Numbered from the stretch's first letter, positions 9,906 to 19,764 are shown. The stretch: 64,000 nt of DNA from Candidatus Methanoperedens sp. (GCA_012026795.1 VEPM01000023.1:2455-66454), one strand, 5' to 3'. The notes: a model not told the origin generated them from the sequence alone. Program-made: numbers and translations.

Positions 9906-10219
9906 AGGAAATTCTTTATCAGATCGTCGCTTGACTGTCTGTTGTTGCCCTCATTTATTTTAATAATTTTCTGTGCTTTCCTTTTTGCCGGAGGACAACC
10001 TGAACATTCATATATAAAATGGATAAAACCTGTTTCCGGATTTTCTACCGTATTTTTGTGCTCATATTCTGTGTTACAATCCGAACATATTCCGACTATA
10101 GGGACTATTTCATTGCAATGATGGCATTTACGAACAACAACATTGATCACTTCATTTTTTGTATTGATAGCAGATAATGAATATTCGTCATCGCTCTTGA
10201 TTTTTAATTCTGTAGCCAT
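9902..10219 (-). CDS. Small Cys-rich putative zinc-binding protein
   Basis: Three CxxC pairs (CHHC, CSDC, CSGC); start inferred at ATG 10219. Confidence 0.6.
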   Translation of the reverse strand: MATELKIKSDDEYSLSAINTKNEVINVVVRKCHHCNEIVPIVGICSDCNTEYEHKNTVENPETGFIHFIYECSGCPPAKRKAQKIIKINEGNNRQSSDDLIKNFL

Positions 10220-10349
10220 ATTCCATTTCAACTTAATAATAACAGGATATATTAAAACTTTACGGGTTTTTTGCGATAATTCCAAAATCATGCAAAACGG
10301 AACGTTTATTTTTAGAGACGTTATCATATGATAGACAGAGGTGAACAGT

Positions 10350-10511
10350 TTGACTGAAATATTTACATCTAAAATAGACTATCTATGCGCTATTGAAAAA
10401 GGTTGCTTACATTGTGGTGATAAACATCAACCGGATTGCCCCGTGGGAATGGCAAAAGCGCAAATCAGCTGTACCAACGATTTATTAACCGAATTTTATA
10501 AACGCAAATAA
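10350..10511 (+). CDS. 53-aa Cys-rich small protein (not in ORF track)
   Basis: GAGGTGA SD just upstream of TTG; MTEIFTSKIDYLCAIEKGCLHCGDKHQPDCPVGMAKAQISCTNDLLTEFYKRK. Confidence 0.6.
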   Translation: MTEIFTSKIDYLCAIEKGCLHCGDKHQPDCPVGMAKAQISCTNDLLTEFYKRK

Positions 10512-10551
10512 ACCAAAACCTATTATATTCCTGAAGGTATAAAGGCATCCT

Positions 10552-11157
10552 GTGACCAGAATAGCAGTGCTTGCTTCAGGAAGAGGTTCGAACCTCCAGG
10601 CTATCATAGATAGTATTGAAAATGGCTATCTGAAAGCTCAAATCTGTGTTGTGGTAAGCGATATTGGAGATGCTTACGCACTGGAACGCGCCAGAAAACA
10701 CGGAATAAATTCTTTTCACGTAGATCCGAAGGGATTCGGATCAAAGGACTTATACGAGGAAGAGATTCTGAGAGTTTTGAAAAACAATAATGTTCAACTC
10801 GTGCTTCTTGCAGGATACATGAAAATTCTCGGAAAGACACTGCTTACAGCTTATAAGGACCGGATACTCAATATCCACCCTGCGCTGCTTCCTGCTTTCC
10901 CCGGCCTTCATGCACAGGAACAGGCATTCAGGTATGGTGTAAAAGTTGCGGGATGCACAGTTCATTTTGTGGATGAAGAACTTGACTGCGGACCCATAAT
11001 ACTGCAAAAATGCGTGGAAGTGAAAGAAGACGACACAGACCAGACTCTTGCGGAAAGGATACTTGAGCAGGAGCACAAGATTTATCCCGAAGCGGTTAAA
11101 TTATTCGTCGAAAATAGGCTGCGTTTTGAAGGACGGAAAGTGAAAATCATAAGATAA
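10552..11157 (+). CDS. purN: Phosphoribosylglycinamide formyltransferase
   Basis: SGRGSNLQA, LAGYMKIL, NIHPALLP, GCTVHFVDEELDCGPII. Confidence 0.97.
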   Translation: MTRIAVLASGRGSNLQAIIDSIENGYLKAQICVVVSDIGDAYALERARKHGINSFHVDPKGFGSKDLYEEEILRVLKNNNVQLVLLAGYMKILGKTLLTAYKDRILNIHPALLPAFPGLHAQEQAFRYGVKVAGCTVHFVDEELDCGPIILQKCVEVKEDDTDQTLAERILEQEHKIYPEAVKLFVENRLRFEGRKVKIIR

Positions 11158-11222
11158 ATCACAAATAAATCAAAATAAAGCACGATAGGTCATGATAACA
11201 GAATAAATTAAGAGGAATTATT

Positions 11223-12458
11223 ATGCCGTTAAAAACAATAGATCCTGAAATTTATGAAATAATGAGACATGAAATTGAAAGGCAAAGAACCAAACTGAAT
11301 TTGATAGCCTCTGAGAACTATGCAAGCCGTGCAGTTCTGCAGGCTCAGGGCTCTGTAATGACGAATAAATATGCTGAAGGATATCCGGGTAAGAGATACT
11401 ACGGAGGCTGCGAGTTTGTGGATGCCGCAGAAAACCTTGCAGTGGACAGGGCAAAGAAATTATTTAAGGCAGAACATATCAACGTGCAGCCGCATTCAGG
11501 GTCGCAGGCGAATATGGCGGTTTATTTTACGATGCTCAAGTACGGGGATACGATAATGAGCATGGATCTGTCTCACGGCGGTCATCTTTCGCATGGCAGC
11601 CCTGTGAATTTTTCAGGAAAATTATTTAAGATAGTCCCGTATGGTGTTTCAAGGGAGACAAGAACCTTAGATTATGATGAATTATCAAAAATCGCAAAGG
11701 AACATAAACCAAAAATTATTGTTGCGGGAGCAAGCGCGTATCCACGAGAACTTGATTTCAAAAGATTCAGGGAAATTGCGGATGAGGTAGGAGCACTGCT
11801 GCTTTCGGATATCGCGCATATTGCAGGATTGGTTGTTGCAGGGGTACACTGTGACCCTGTGCCATATTCGGATTTTGTTACAACGACAACGCATAAGACC
11901 TTGCGTGGACCGCGCGGAGGCATGATCATGTGCAGGGAAGAATATGCAAAAGATATAGATAAGACGGTTTTTCCGGGGATGCAGGGCGGGCCTCTTATGC
12001 ATGTAATAGCAGCAAAGGCAGTGGCATTTAAAGAAGCGATGAGTAAGGAATTCAATGATTACCAGAAGCAAATCGTTAAAAATGCAAAAAAAGTTGCTGG
12101 TGAACTGACGATGCGGGGCAATGAACTTGTATCGGGCGGCACGGATAACCATCTTATGCTTGTTGACCTGAATCCTATTGGCATAACAGGCAAGGAAGCT
12201 GAAGCAAAACTTCAGGAAGCAGGTATTATCCTAAACAAGAATACTATTCCTTTTGAGACAAAGAGCCCCTTCATCACAAGCGGTATCCGGATAGGCACGC
12301 CTGCCGCAACAACGCGGGGAATGAAAGAAAAGGAAATGATTATTATTGCAGAGGCAATCGACGAGGTCATCAGGAACATTAATGATGTAAATAAGATCAA
12401 GGAAGTAAGGAGAAGCATTCTTGAGCTTTGCAACCAGTTCCCGATCCCGTACGAGTGA
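11223..12458 (+). CDS. glyA: Serine hydroxymethyltransferase
   Basis: [44 protein letters not shown]. Confidence 0.98.
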   Translation: MPLKTIDPEIYEIMRHEIERQRTKLNLIASENYASRAVLQAQGSVMTNKYAEGYPGKRYYGGCEFVDAAENLAVDRAKKLFKAEHINVQPHSGSQANMAVYFTMLKYGDTIMSMDLSHGGHLSHGSPVNFSGKLFKIVPYGVSRETRTLDYDELSKIAKEHKPKIIVAGASAYPRELDFKRFREIADEVGALLLSDIAHIAGLVVAGVHCDPVPYSDFVTTTTHKTLRGPRGGMIMCREEYAKDIDKTVFPGMQGGPLMHVIAAKAVAFKEAMSKEFNDYQKQIVKNAKKVAGELTMRGNELVSGGTDNHLMLVDLNPIGITGKEAEAKLQEAGIILNKNTIPFETKSPFITSGIRIGTPAATTRGMKEKEMIIIAEAIDEVIRNINDVNKIKEVRRSILELCNQFPIPYE

Positions 12459-12464
12459 GTAGCT

Positions 12465-13337
12465 ATGGAGCCGCTTCCTGAAGTTACAGATCCCAGGGTA
12501 ATAGATGGGAGAAAAATAGCACAGGATATTGAAGCTAAGGTGAAGAACGAAGTTGAGGTGTTTGTAAAAGAGCATGGCATAAAGCCGGCTCTTGCCACAA
12601 TTCTTGTAGGAGAACATCCCCCGTCAAAACTGTATGTAAAACTTAAACACTGGGCTGCAAAACGTGTGGGAATCATATCTGAAGACCACAAATTTCCACA
12701 GGAAACAAAACAGGAAGAGATAATCGAACTTATCGAGACCCTGAACAGGCGTCGGGAAATACACGGCATACTTGTACAACTGCCTTTACCCAGACATATC
12801 GATGAACGCGCAGTAATGATGAAAATCGCGCCACAAAAGGATGTAGATGGTTTTAACCCGCTCAATATGGGTAAAATGCTCATCGGAAGCGAAGGTTTTG
12901 TTCCCTGTACGCCCAAAGGGATAATAAGGGCGCTTTCCAATTTCAATATCGACCCGAAGGGAATGGAAGTTGTTGTTGTCGGGCACAGCAATGTTGTGGG
13001 AAAGCCTGCCGCGATTATGCTTTTAAACCGCAATGCAACCGTGAAGATATGTCATGTTTTTTCAAAAGATCTTAAAAGTCAGACACAAAAAGCAGATATA
13101 CTCATTGTCGCGACCGGTGTGAAGGGACTGATCAAAGCTGATATGGTGAAGGAAGATGCGATCGTTTTTGATGTTGGTATTACCTGGCAGGATGAAAAGG
13201 TCTATGGGGATGTTGATTTTGAAGATGTTTTGCCAAAAGTTAAATTGATCTCACCTGTTCCCGGAGGCGTGGGCCCCATGACAATAGCCATCCTTATGGA
13301 GCATACGCTGCAGGCAGCGAAGATACAGTGCGAGTAG
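12465..13337 (+). CDS. folD: Methylenetetrahydrofolate dehydrogenase/cyclohydrolase
   Basis: GILVQLPLP, KDVDGF, PCTPKG, GHSNVVGKP, PVPGGVGPMT. Confidence 0.97.
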   Translation: MEPLPEVTDPRVIDGRKIAQDIEAKVKNEVEVFVKEHGIKPALATILVGEHPPSKLYVKLKHWAAKRVGIISEDHKFPQETKQEEIIELIETLNRRREIHGILVQLPLPRHIDERAVMMKIAPQKDVDGFNPLNMGKMLIGSEGFVPCTPKGIIRALSNFNIDPKGMEVVVVGHSNVVGKPAAIMLLNRNATVKICHVFSKDLKSQTQKADILIVATGVKGLIKADMVKEDAIVFDVGITWQDEKVYGDVDFEDVLPKVKLISPVPGGVGPMTIAILMEHTLQAAKIQCE

Positions 13338-13353
13338 ATTTAAATTAAAAAAC

Positions 13354-13467
13354 AGAAGGGTGCAGGCCATCAAGCGAGCGCCCCGGCAGTCTGGTAACTG
13401 ATATCTGATAATTCCAAATCGCAGGTGAACTCGTTCCTCGGCACTTCTTAACCACGATTGAAGCCCC
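13354..13467. ncRNA. Candidate structured RNA of unknown family
   Basis: GC-rich island in AT-rich intergenic DNA; by-eye rod pairing GUGC/GCAC, AGG/CCU, AGCGAG/CUCGUU, CGCC/GGUG. Confidence 0.3.
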
Positions 13468-13538
13468 AAATTTATTAGCCGATAAGCGAACAAAGAAGAT
13501 ATATAGAAAAATGGATCAGAGAAAAAGCTAAAGCTACG

Positions 13539-13694
13539 TCACATCTGAGCTAATTTTTTGAGAGCTTTGTCATGCCTACTCATAGTTTCTTCCAGGAATT
13601 TCTCTTGCTTGGGAGTTAACCTTTTTTCCTTTTCTTTTTCAACAACAGGCAGCTCTGATTCATCAGCATAGGATTCTTTTCGAGCATATCTCAT
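13539..13694 (-). CDS. 51-aa antitoxin-like small protein (not in ORF track)
   Basis: MRYARKESYADESELPVVEKERKKRLTPKQEKFLEETMSRHDKALKKLAQM; C-terminus resembles short antidotes paired with Doc/Fic toxins (recall). Confidence 0.5.
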   Translation of the reverse strand: MRYARKESYADESELPVVEKEKEKRLTPKQEKFLEETMSRHDKALKKLAQM

Positions 13695-13706
13695 TGTGAG
13701 TATTAA

Positions 13707-14555
13707 TTAGACATCATCATATTTAGCTTTAAGCTGTATCGAATTTGGAAGAAATCTCTCACACCCCACTCCCTTCTCCTCGCATCTCCTCAAAAACGTC
13801 TCAAAAATCTCGCTATAATAATCCTCACCCCTCAAGAAAATCCTTTCATAATCGCCAAGCAGATCAGGCTTAAACCCTGAAATAAACTCCCGAACCCTCT
13901 CCCGGACTCCTTCCTTCAGTCTCAACCTATCAACAAGCACATATTTCGGCTTCACCCGAGCGATGGCATCGATCAGCGCATCAACATCAGTAATATGTGG
14001 CATTACCGGCCCCAAAAAAACCCATGTATTGATCCCATTTTTCGAAAGTTCCTTCAGCGCGTGCAGCCTTTCCTCAACAGCCGATGCGCCAGGTTCAAGT
14101 TTTTCCCTCACCCTCTCATCAAGCGCCGTCAGGGTTACCCCCACTTCAATATTTGAAAAACTCTTCAGCAAATCCATATCCCTCAATACAAGTGACGATT
14201 TTGTCTGGATGCAAACCGGGAAATCATGCAATGACAGCAGTTCGAGGCACCGGCGTGTAATCTCATATTTCTTCTCAGCCGGCTGGTATGGATCAGTAAC
14301 CGTCCCAAGCCCCACAACACCTTTTTTCTTTATCCTGAGTTCTTTTGAAAGTATCCGCGGCAGATTCACTTTTGCTTCTACAAGCTCGCCCCACGCCCCC
14401 TTCTCCTTATCCCAATAAATGACCGAGGGCGCGTAGCAATAAACGCAGGCGTGTTCACAGCCCCTGTAGGGATTGAGGGAATAGTCAAGTCCGGGAAGTT
14501 TTGAGGGTGAGAGAGCAGTTTTTACTTTTACTTCTTTTATCATATTCTTTTTCAT
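13707..14555 (-). CDS. Radical SAM protein, SplB-like DNA-repair family
   Basis: LNPYRGCEHACVYCYA (CxxxCxxC), GTVTDPYQPAE, QTKS. Confidence 0.9.
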   Translation of the reverse strand: MKKNMIKEVKVKTALSPSKLPGLDYSLNPYRGCEHACVYCYAPSVIYWDKEKGAWGELVEAKVNLPRILSKELRIKKKGVVGLGTVTDPYQPAEKKYEITRRCLELLSLHDFPVCIQTKSSLVLRDMDLLKSFSNIEVGVTLTALDERVREKLEPGASAVEERLHALKELSKNGINTWVFLGPVMPHITDVDALIDAIARVKPKYVLVDRLRLKEGVRERVREFISGFKPDLLGDYERIFLRGEDYYSEIFETFLRRCEEKGVGCERFLPNSIQLKAKYDDV

Positions 14556-14569
14556 TTACTGTTCCCAAC

Positions 14570-15823
14570 TTATGTAAAAAAATCCTCCAGTCCTCTCTGG
14601 TATAATGTATTTTTCAAGACCATACTCTCCTTGATCCACCTCGCTTTCGGAATAACAAGCCTGGTGGAGATATATGAAAAAGCATCATCAAGTGATGAGA
14701 ACTTTTTAGGTGATGCAGCAAGAGCGGCTCTCACATTCTCCCTCACATTCCACACGCCTACTGGCATGATATAACCTGGATGGGCTTCCCTCAGGATCAC
14801 AACACGCGCCTGCCGCCTTTCTTTTATGAGATATTCATTCACAGCAAGCCGGGCGGCATAATAACAGCCCCCTATTTCAGCATACGTCGTTCGCCCTTCA
14901 TAACCTTCAGATGATGACATTATTGCCACATCTTTCCCGAACGGGTTCCATACAGTATTCGGATACCATGCCTCTATCAGCTCATAGCTCCAGGCGCGGG
15001 GTATCATCATGACCACAAACCTGTTATCAAGCTGCCACGACTCAAAAACAAGAAACTCATTGATGAGGGGAAAATCCTTCATTTTCTCCATAAGATTTGC
15101 GCCAATCATGCTGTCAACTGCTGTTATGCTCCAGCGCGTAGGAACAAAGCGGCGCGCTTTTCCTTCCCCGAATGCACCTACAGAAAATGCTTTCTGGATG
15201 CTTGATATGATCGTATCTTTTTTATAAAGTTCAAGGACTGCATCCTTTGCTTTGAGGTCAGTATCATTATATGCTTTTTCCATCCTCCGGTCGAATTTTG
15301 TGTTCCCAACGTCGATCTTCTTAAGAGGTGCGGTGGGGCCGAAAGGCTGGACCTCGTCATCAAGTACAAGCCTTGTATGTGGTTTTTTCAGGAATTGCGC
15401 CTCTACATCAATAGGGGATGCACAAAGAGCCATCTCGCGGGTAGCTTCTACGATGCGGCTGCTGTCAAGGTCTCTTATATGGACAAGATGTTTTCCCCGG
15501 ACAAGCTGCGAGCGAAAATCAACTATCTCATCGATACTTTTCCCGATCCACATTTCAGGGGTATCAAGAAGGGTGGTATTCCCGTGTGTCGGGGGAATAA
15601 GGGGCCCGATAGAAACATACGGATAGCCGATCCTTCCTATAAACACGCCTGGCGGGGAAGAGCCATCAATATTCAGGCTATCTGTCAGCGGTTTGACCTT
15701 TACGTTCGAATAGAATTTGACAAGAACAGGACACCTCTGCTTGCCGCATAATAATTTTGAACCGCGACACAGGATGCACAGGGCATCGCTTGTCCCGCTG
15801 AATAGCGAATCCGGGCTTTCCAT
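14570..15823 (-). CDS. nreA: Nre family DNA repair protein
   Basis: CILCRGSKLLCGKQRCP, GSSPPGVFIGRIGYP, PTRWSITAVD, GGCYYAARLA; C-terminal PIP box QRGLEDFF. Confidence 0.9.
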   Translation of the reverse strand: MESPDSLFSGTSDALCILCRGSKLLCGKQRCPVLVKFYSNVKVKPLTDSLNIDGSSPPGVFIGRIGYPYVSIGPLIPPTHGNTTLLDTPEMWIGKSIDEIVDFRSQLVRGKHLVHIRDLDSSRIVEATREMALCASPIDVEAQFLKKPHTRLVLDDEVQPFGPTAPLKKIDVGNTKFDRRMEKAYNDTDLKAKDAVLELYKKDTIISSIQKAFSVGAFGEGKARRFVPTRWSITAVDSMIGANLMEKMKDFPLINEFLVFESWQLDNRFVVMMIPRAWSYELIEAWYPNTVWNPFGKDVAIMSSSEGYEGRTTYAEIGGCYYAARLAVNEYLIKERRQARVVILREAHPGYIMPVGVWNVRENVRAALAASPKKFSSLDDAFSYISTRLVIPKARWIKESMVLKNTLYQRGLEDFFT

Positions 15824-16325
15824 GTATCAGTTGATGATATAAAGGGATATAAAATAAATGCAAGCTATGTGAAAGTGATTGCCCATAAAGTGTTGATCGT
15901 CTTTAATAAATGAAGCTCTCTACTCTGAAAAATTAGAAGATATTGTTAATGAGTTTCAGAAAAGAGGGTCGAAGCCTGCGAAGGTACAGCTTACGAGTCA
16001 ATCTTCATGCGTCGTCGTTATCCGTGCTCATGCCGGCCTAATCGTTCATTTCCCTTGCTCACGGCTTCTACGAAAGCGCACGTCTGTTTCGCGGAGAAGC
16101 GTGAAACGGTTGCGTTCGTCCTGCGTTTGTTTATATTTATGATAATTACAATTCAACAACGTCCCATAGTTCTTCGTTTTTTACGGTATCACACATCTTA
16201 GTTGGCTCGGCTCATTTACAGTAATTGACATTGATGCTATGAAATGAATTTTTATGAGAAAAATATATACCATTATAGAAATATAATACCATAGAATATG
16301 GCTAAACTGAGTATTTCTAACATAT

Positions 16326-17864
16326 ATGACAGATGATGGAAAATCAGATGGATTTAATTTTGCAATAATTGCGGTTACTGCCCTATTGGGTTTTCTATCA
16401 GCAATTTATATATATTTTTCAAATTACTCGATTGAAGAGAATTGGTATTCTTATGCTTCTCTTCTAATTCCAATCACATTTGTTTCTATTTTATATTTTC
16501 TTATATATACTACATTACATGGTATTTCGATAAAAATGCGAGATGACATTAAAATGCGGATAGAAATGGTAGCTGATATCGTTTACAATTCTGCTTTTTT
16601 ATTTTTCTTAATAATTTTAGCATACTTTTCAAGTCTAATCTTATCTTACACAAATCCAGATAAATATGTTATAATTGTAATATTTATTTATATAGTAATA
16701 TTCTTATTAATATGGATAATAACTTTGCGCTATTTTTCGTTTTTGTTTTGCTGGGATAAAATTCCAGGAAGAGATACAGAAAAACTGATTGAATTTCTGG
16801 TAGCAAGGAAAAATATTAGGTGGGCAAAAACGGCAGTGGTCGAAAAAATCGATAACGGTTCAACCATAAAGCTATCTGCCGCTGATAACCAGCTTTATCT
16901 AAGACTTAACAAAAAAGAAACCAGGGCCAACTTAAGTATCAATAACGATAGGTATTCGTTTAGCTGGAACGATGTTCCTGGGAACGATAGCGGAAGACTA
17001 AAAAAATTCCTGACACGTAGCTTTGGTATTGATTGGATAAAAGCAGCAAAAATTGAAAAAACAGATGCGGATAGGCTCATAATTATATCTACTAACATGA
17101 AATATCTTTTGTTAAAACTTAATGATGACAAAACCAAGGTAGATTTAATAATCAATGGCGAACGGACCCATGAATTCACCGTGAATAAAATAAACAATTT
17201 GCGAAATATATACGACATCAATTTCAAAGGAAAATCATTTCTTCTTAGATTTGGGATTATTTTAATATCGATTGTGTCTCTTGTTTTGGGGATTTTTTTA
17301 TATAAGTCTTTATATATGCTTGGTTTATTTTTGCTTTCATTTTCCTTAATAATTGCAATTATCCTCTATCAATTCATCGTTCCAAGAGGATATTCCAAAT
17401 GGGGATATGTAATTGCCTCATTTTTTATCTTATTTGGACTAATTATTTGGTCTATATCATTTGTTCCTTTTTCAAATATCGCCAGTGGAGATATTACAAC
17501 CGATATCAATAGCGTTTATTATAAGAATGGTGGTCCAATTCCTGTAACTATTCATGTCACAGGTCCGAATTCGTATATATCAATAGAATTATCGAAATCA
17601 GATAGAGAGAATAATTTATCTAAAATAGATTCGATAGAACGTATAGAACCTAATCACAAGTCAAATATAATTATATCTGGTAATCTTTCTGCCAATTCAT
17701 TTGAAAATGGAAAGTATGGACTTTTTATCAATCCAACGAATTTGAGTCCAGGATATTATGAATTGAATGCTACTCGTCCTCGTTTAAATAATATGAAAAT
17801 AGCTATAAGTGGATTCTATTTATTGAATGATAGTAAGAGTAACTACAATTCACCATCGAATTGA
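16326..17864 (+). CDS. Multi-pass membrane protein with two tandem copies of an 87-aa inserted module and a C-terminal soluble domain
   Basis: About 4 N-terminal TM helices, FxWxxIPGxD repeats at 16740 and 16953, 3 more TM helices, then a beta-rich tail; AT-rich. Confidence 0.75.
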   Translation: MTDDGKSDGFNFAIIAVTALLGFLSAIYIYFSNYSIEENWYSYASLLIPITFVSILYFLIYTTLHGISIKMRDDIKMRIEMVADIVYNSAFLFFLIILAYFSSLILSYTNPDKYVIIVIFIYIVIFLLIWIITLRYFSFLFCWDKIPGRDTEKLIEFLVARKNIRWAKTAVVEKIDNGSTIKLSAADNQLYLRLNKKETRANLSINNDRYSFSWNDVPGNDSGRLKKFLTRSFGIDWIKAAKIEKTDADRLIIISTNMKYLLLKLNDDKTKVDLIINGERTHEFTVNKINNLRNIYDINFKGKSFLLRFGIILISIVSLVLGIFLYKSLYMLGLFLLSFSLIIAIILYQFIVPRGYSKWGYVIASFFILFGLIIWSISFVPFSNIASGDITTDINSVYYKNGGPIPVTIHVTGPNSYISIELSKSDRENNLSKIDSIERIEPNHKSNIIISGNLSANSFENGKYGLFINPTNLSPGYYELNATRPRLNNMKIAISGFYLLNDSKSNYNSPSN

Positions 17865-17912
17865 AACAATCCCAAACTTAAGCAAAGCTATATAAATCCT
17901 GAACCACCATTC

Positions 17913-19151
17913 ATGAATATGGGTTCAGAAATTATATACAGGGATGAGTCCGATGAAATAAAAAAATTAAATGGTTGGATATTAATTTATGGAAGAAGAA
18001 AAGTAGGAAAAACATTTTTGATAAAGAACTTCCTGGATTACGATGTCTTTTTCAGGGTAAACAGGGATGGCAGCATTCTAGCCGAAAAGTTCGTCATCAG
18101 CACAATAAACAATATGGATGATTTTTCAAGGGCAGTATCGGAGCTGCTTCTTGCTGATAAAAAAGTGGTGATAGATGAATTCCAGAGGCTTCCTGAATCC
18201 GTTATTGAGCGAATATCCACTCTTCATCCAAAAGGAAAAATTATTCTTTCCGGCTCCAGTATGAGAGTGATAAAAAAGCTCTTTGGAAGCAAATCACCGC
18301 TCCTTGGACTGGCTATGCAGTACAAGCTTGGGCTGATAAGGCCGAATAACATATTACGGGAGCTTTCAAAAAAAATGGATGCAATGCAAGCAATTGAGCT
18401 TGCCCCATATCTTGCAGATGCATGGACTATCCCCTTTTTCATGAAAGAAAGCGATAGTGAGAGGGTCATATATGATCTCTTGAAATATTCCAAATTCACG
18501 GTTCCTTCGCTTGTCGGGGAAATATTTACGGAAGAGGAAAGAGAGTTCACGAAGGTATACGAGGCTATTTTGAGACTTATAGGAGCTGGCGAATTGGATT
18601 ACAAAAATATTGCCTCGATCCTTGCCAGCAGAAAGGTGATCGAGCGGGCAGACAGCTCTTTGATAATTCCTTACATAAAAAATATGGAAGGCATGGGGCT
18701 GGTTGAATCCCTGCCGATATATTCCTCAAAAAAAAAAATGTACCGCTTGTCTTCACCTATGATGGAGGCTTTTTTCTATCTTGCTGATCGATATAATTTT
18801 GAAGATAGAGACGTAAGCTTTGAAGAAGCAAGGCCGACTATAGAAAAACTAAGAAATTTTGCAGTGCAAAACTTTATAGGGGATTTGTTCGCCAGCGCCT
18901 ACCATGGAAAAAAAGAATATTATGTAACGCCCTCAAAAGAGCTGGACTTCATTATAACCGTAAGAAACAAGGCGGTTATCGTTGGAGAAGTAAAATGGGG
19001 AAAATACGATAGCAACGACCTAAGAAAATTCGTGGAAAAAACAACTTTTACCAAAGCAGATAAAATATTCATAACAAAAAATAAAAATGAGACAAAAATT
19101 GATAATGTTAAAATAATGGACATAGATGATATTTTGGCTATGGTTAATTAA
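17913..19151 (+). CDS. Archaeal ATPase (ATPase_2/DUF234-type) with C-terminal PD-(D/E)xK-like domain
   Basis: IYGRRKVGKT, VIDEFQ, SGSS; C-terminal ELDFII...GEVKW. Confidence 0.88.
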   Translation: MNMGSEIIYRDESDEIKKLNGWILIYGRRKVGKTFLIKNFLDYDVFFRVNRDGSILAEKFVISTINNMDDFSRAVSELLLADKKVVIDEFQRLPESVIERISTLHPKGKIILSGSSMRVIKKLFGSKSPLLGLAMQYKLGLIRPNNILRELSKKMDAMQAIELAPYLADAWTIPFFMKESDSERVIYDLLKYSKFTVPSLVGEIFTEEEREFTKVYEAILRLIGAGELDYKNIASILASRKVIERADSSLIIPYIKNMEGMGLVESLPIYSSKKKMYRLSSPMMEAFFYLADRYNFEDRDVSFEEARPTIEKLRNFAVQNFIGDLFASAYHGKKEYYVTPSKELDFIITVRNKAVIVGEVKWGKYDSNDLRKFVEKTTFTKADKIFITKNKNETKIDNVKIMDIDDILAMVN

Positions 19152-19214
19152 GAAAATTGCATTTATTCAGACATTGAGAAAAGATTATACTTACATGGGT
19201 ACTTAAGCAACCTC

Positions 19215-19694
19215 ATGTTCATTGAAATAGACGGCTGGATGGCAAAACTAAGATTTTCAGCATGCCATTTCATCCCCAATCACCCAAAATGCGGATGCCT
19301 TCACGGTCATACATATGCTATCAGTGTCAGGATCGAGGGCGAACAGAAAGGTGAGTTCATTATTGATTTTGAGACCGTAAAAGGAATAGTTAACAGGATT
19401 TGCGACAGGCTTGATCACAAGATCCTGATTGCAGAAAAAGACCCGCGTCTCATTATAAAGAAAAGCGATAGTGTATCGATTGAGATCATTGATAGCAAAA
19501 AAAAATATGTGCTTCCACTTGAAGATATTATGTTCCTTCCCACAGCTTCCGTAAGTGCCGAAGACCTGTGCAAATACTTCACATCCAATCTGGCAAAGGG
19601 CCTCAAATCCAGTGGAGCAGATAATATCACGAAGATCCATGTGCGGGTGGACGAGGGGATAGGACAGGGCGCAGGCTGCGAACATCAGTTATAG
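19215..19694 (+). CDS. queD: 6-carboxytetrahydropterin synthase (PTPS family)
   Basis: FSACH, LHGHTY, IDF, LDH, SAEDL. Confidence 0.88.
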   Translation: MFIEIDGWMAKLRFSACHFIPNHPKCGCLHGHTYAISVRIEGEQKGEFIIDFETVKGIVNRICDRLDHKILIAEKDPRLIIKKSDSVSIEIIDSKKKYVLPLEDIMFLPTASVSAEDLCKYFTSNLAKGLKSSGADNITKIHVRVDEGIGQGAGCEHQL

Positions 19695-19764
19695 TCTTTT
19701 CTACTCAGATCCATTTTGTTATTTTTCAGCGATTTGAGCAAATGTTGCGCTTTTAGATACTTTT

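Noticed and set aside
12212-13033. 273-aa minus-strand ORF, and the many similar overlapping ORFs in the track
   Set aside because: They are antisense or alternate-frame shadows of well-supported genes, with no motifs of their own.
10552-13337. purN-glyA-folD folate cluster as a novelty
   Set aside because: Folate-type C1 genes are known in Methanosarcinales.
13354-13467. tRNA, 5S rRNA, SRP RNA, or fluoride/ZTP/THF riboswitch
   Set aside because: No cloverleaf or T-loop, and the consensus motifs I recall for these families do not match; kept only as an unknown candidate.
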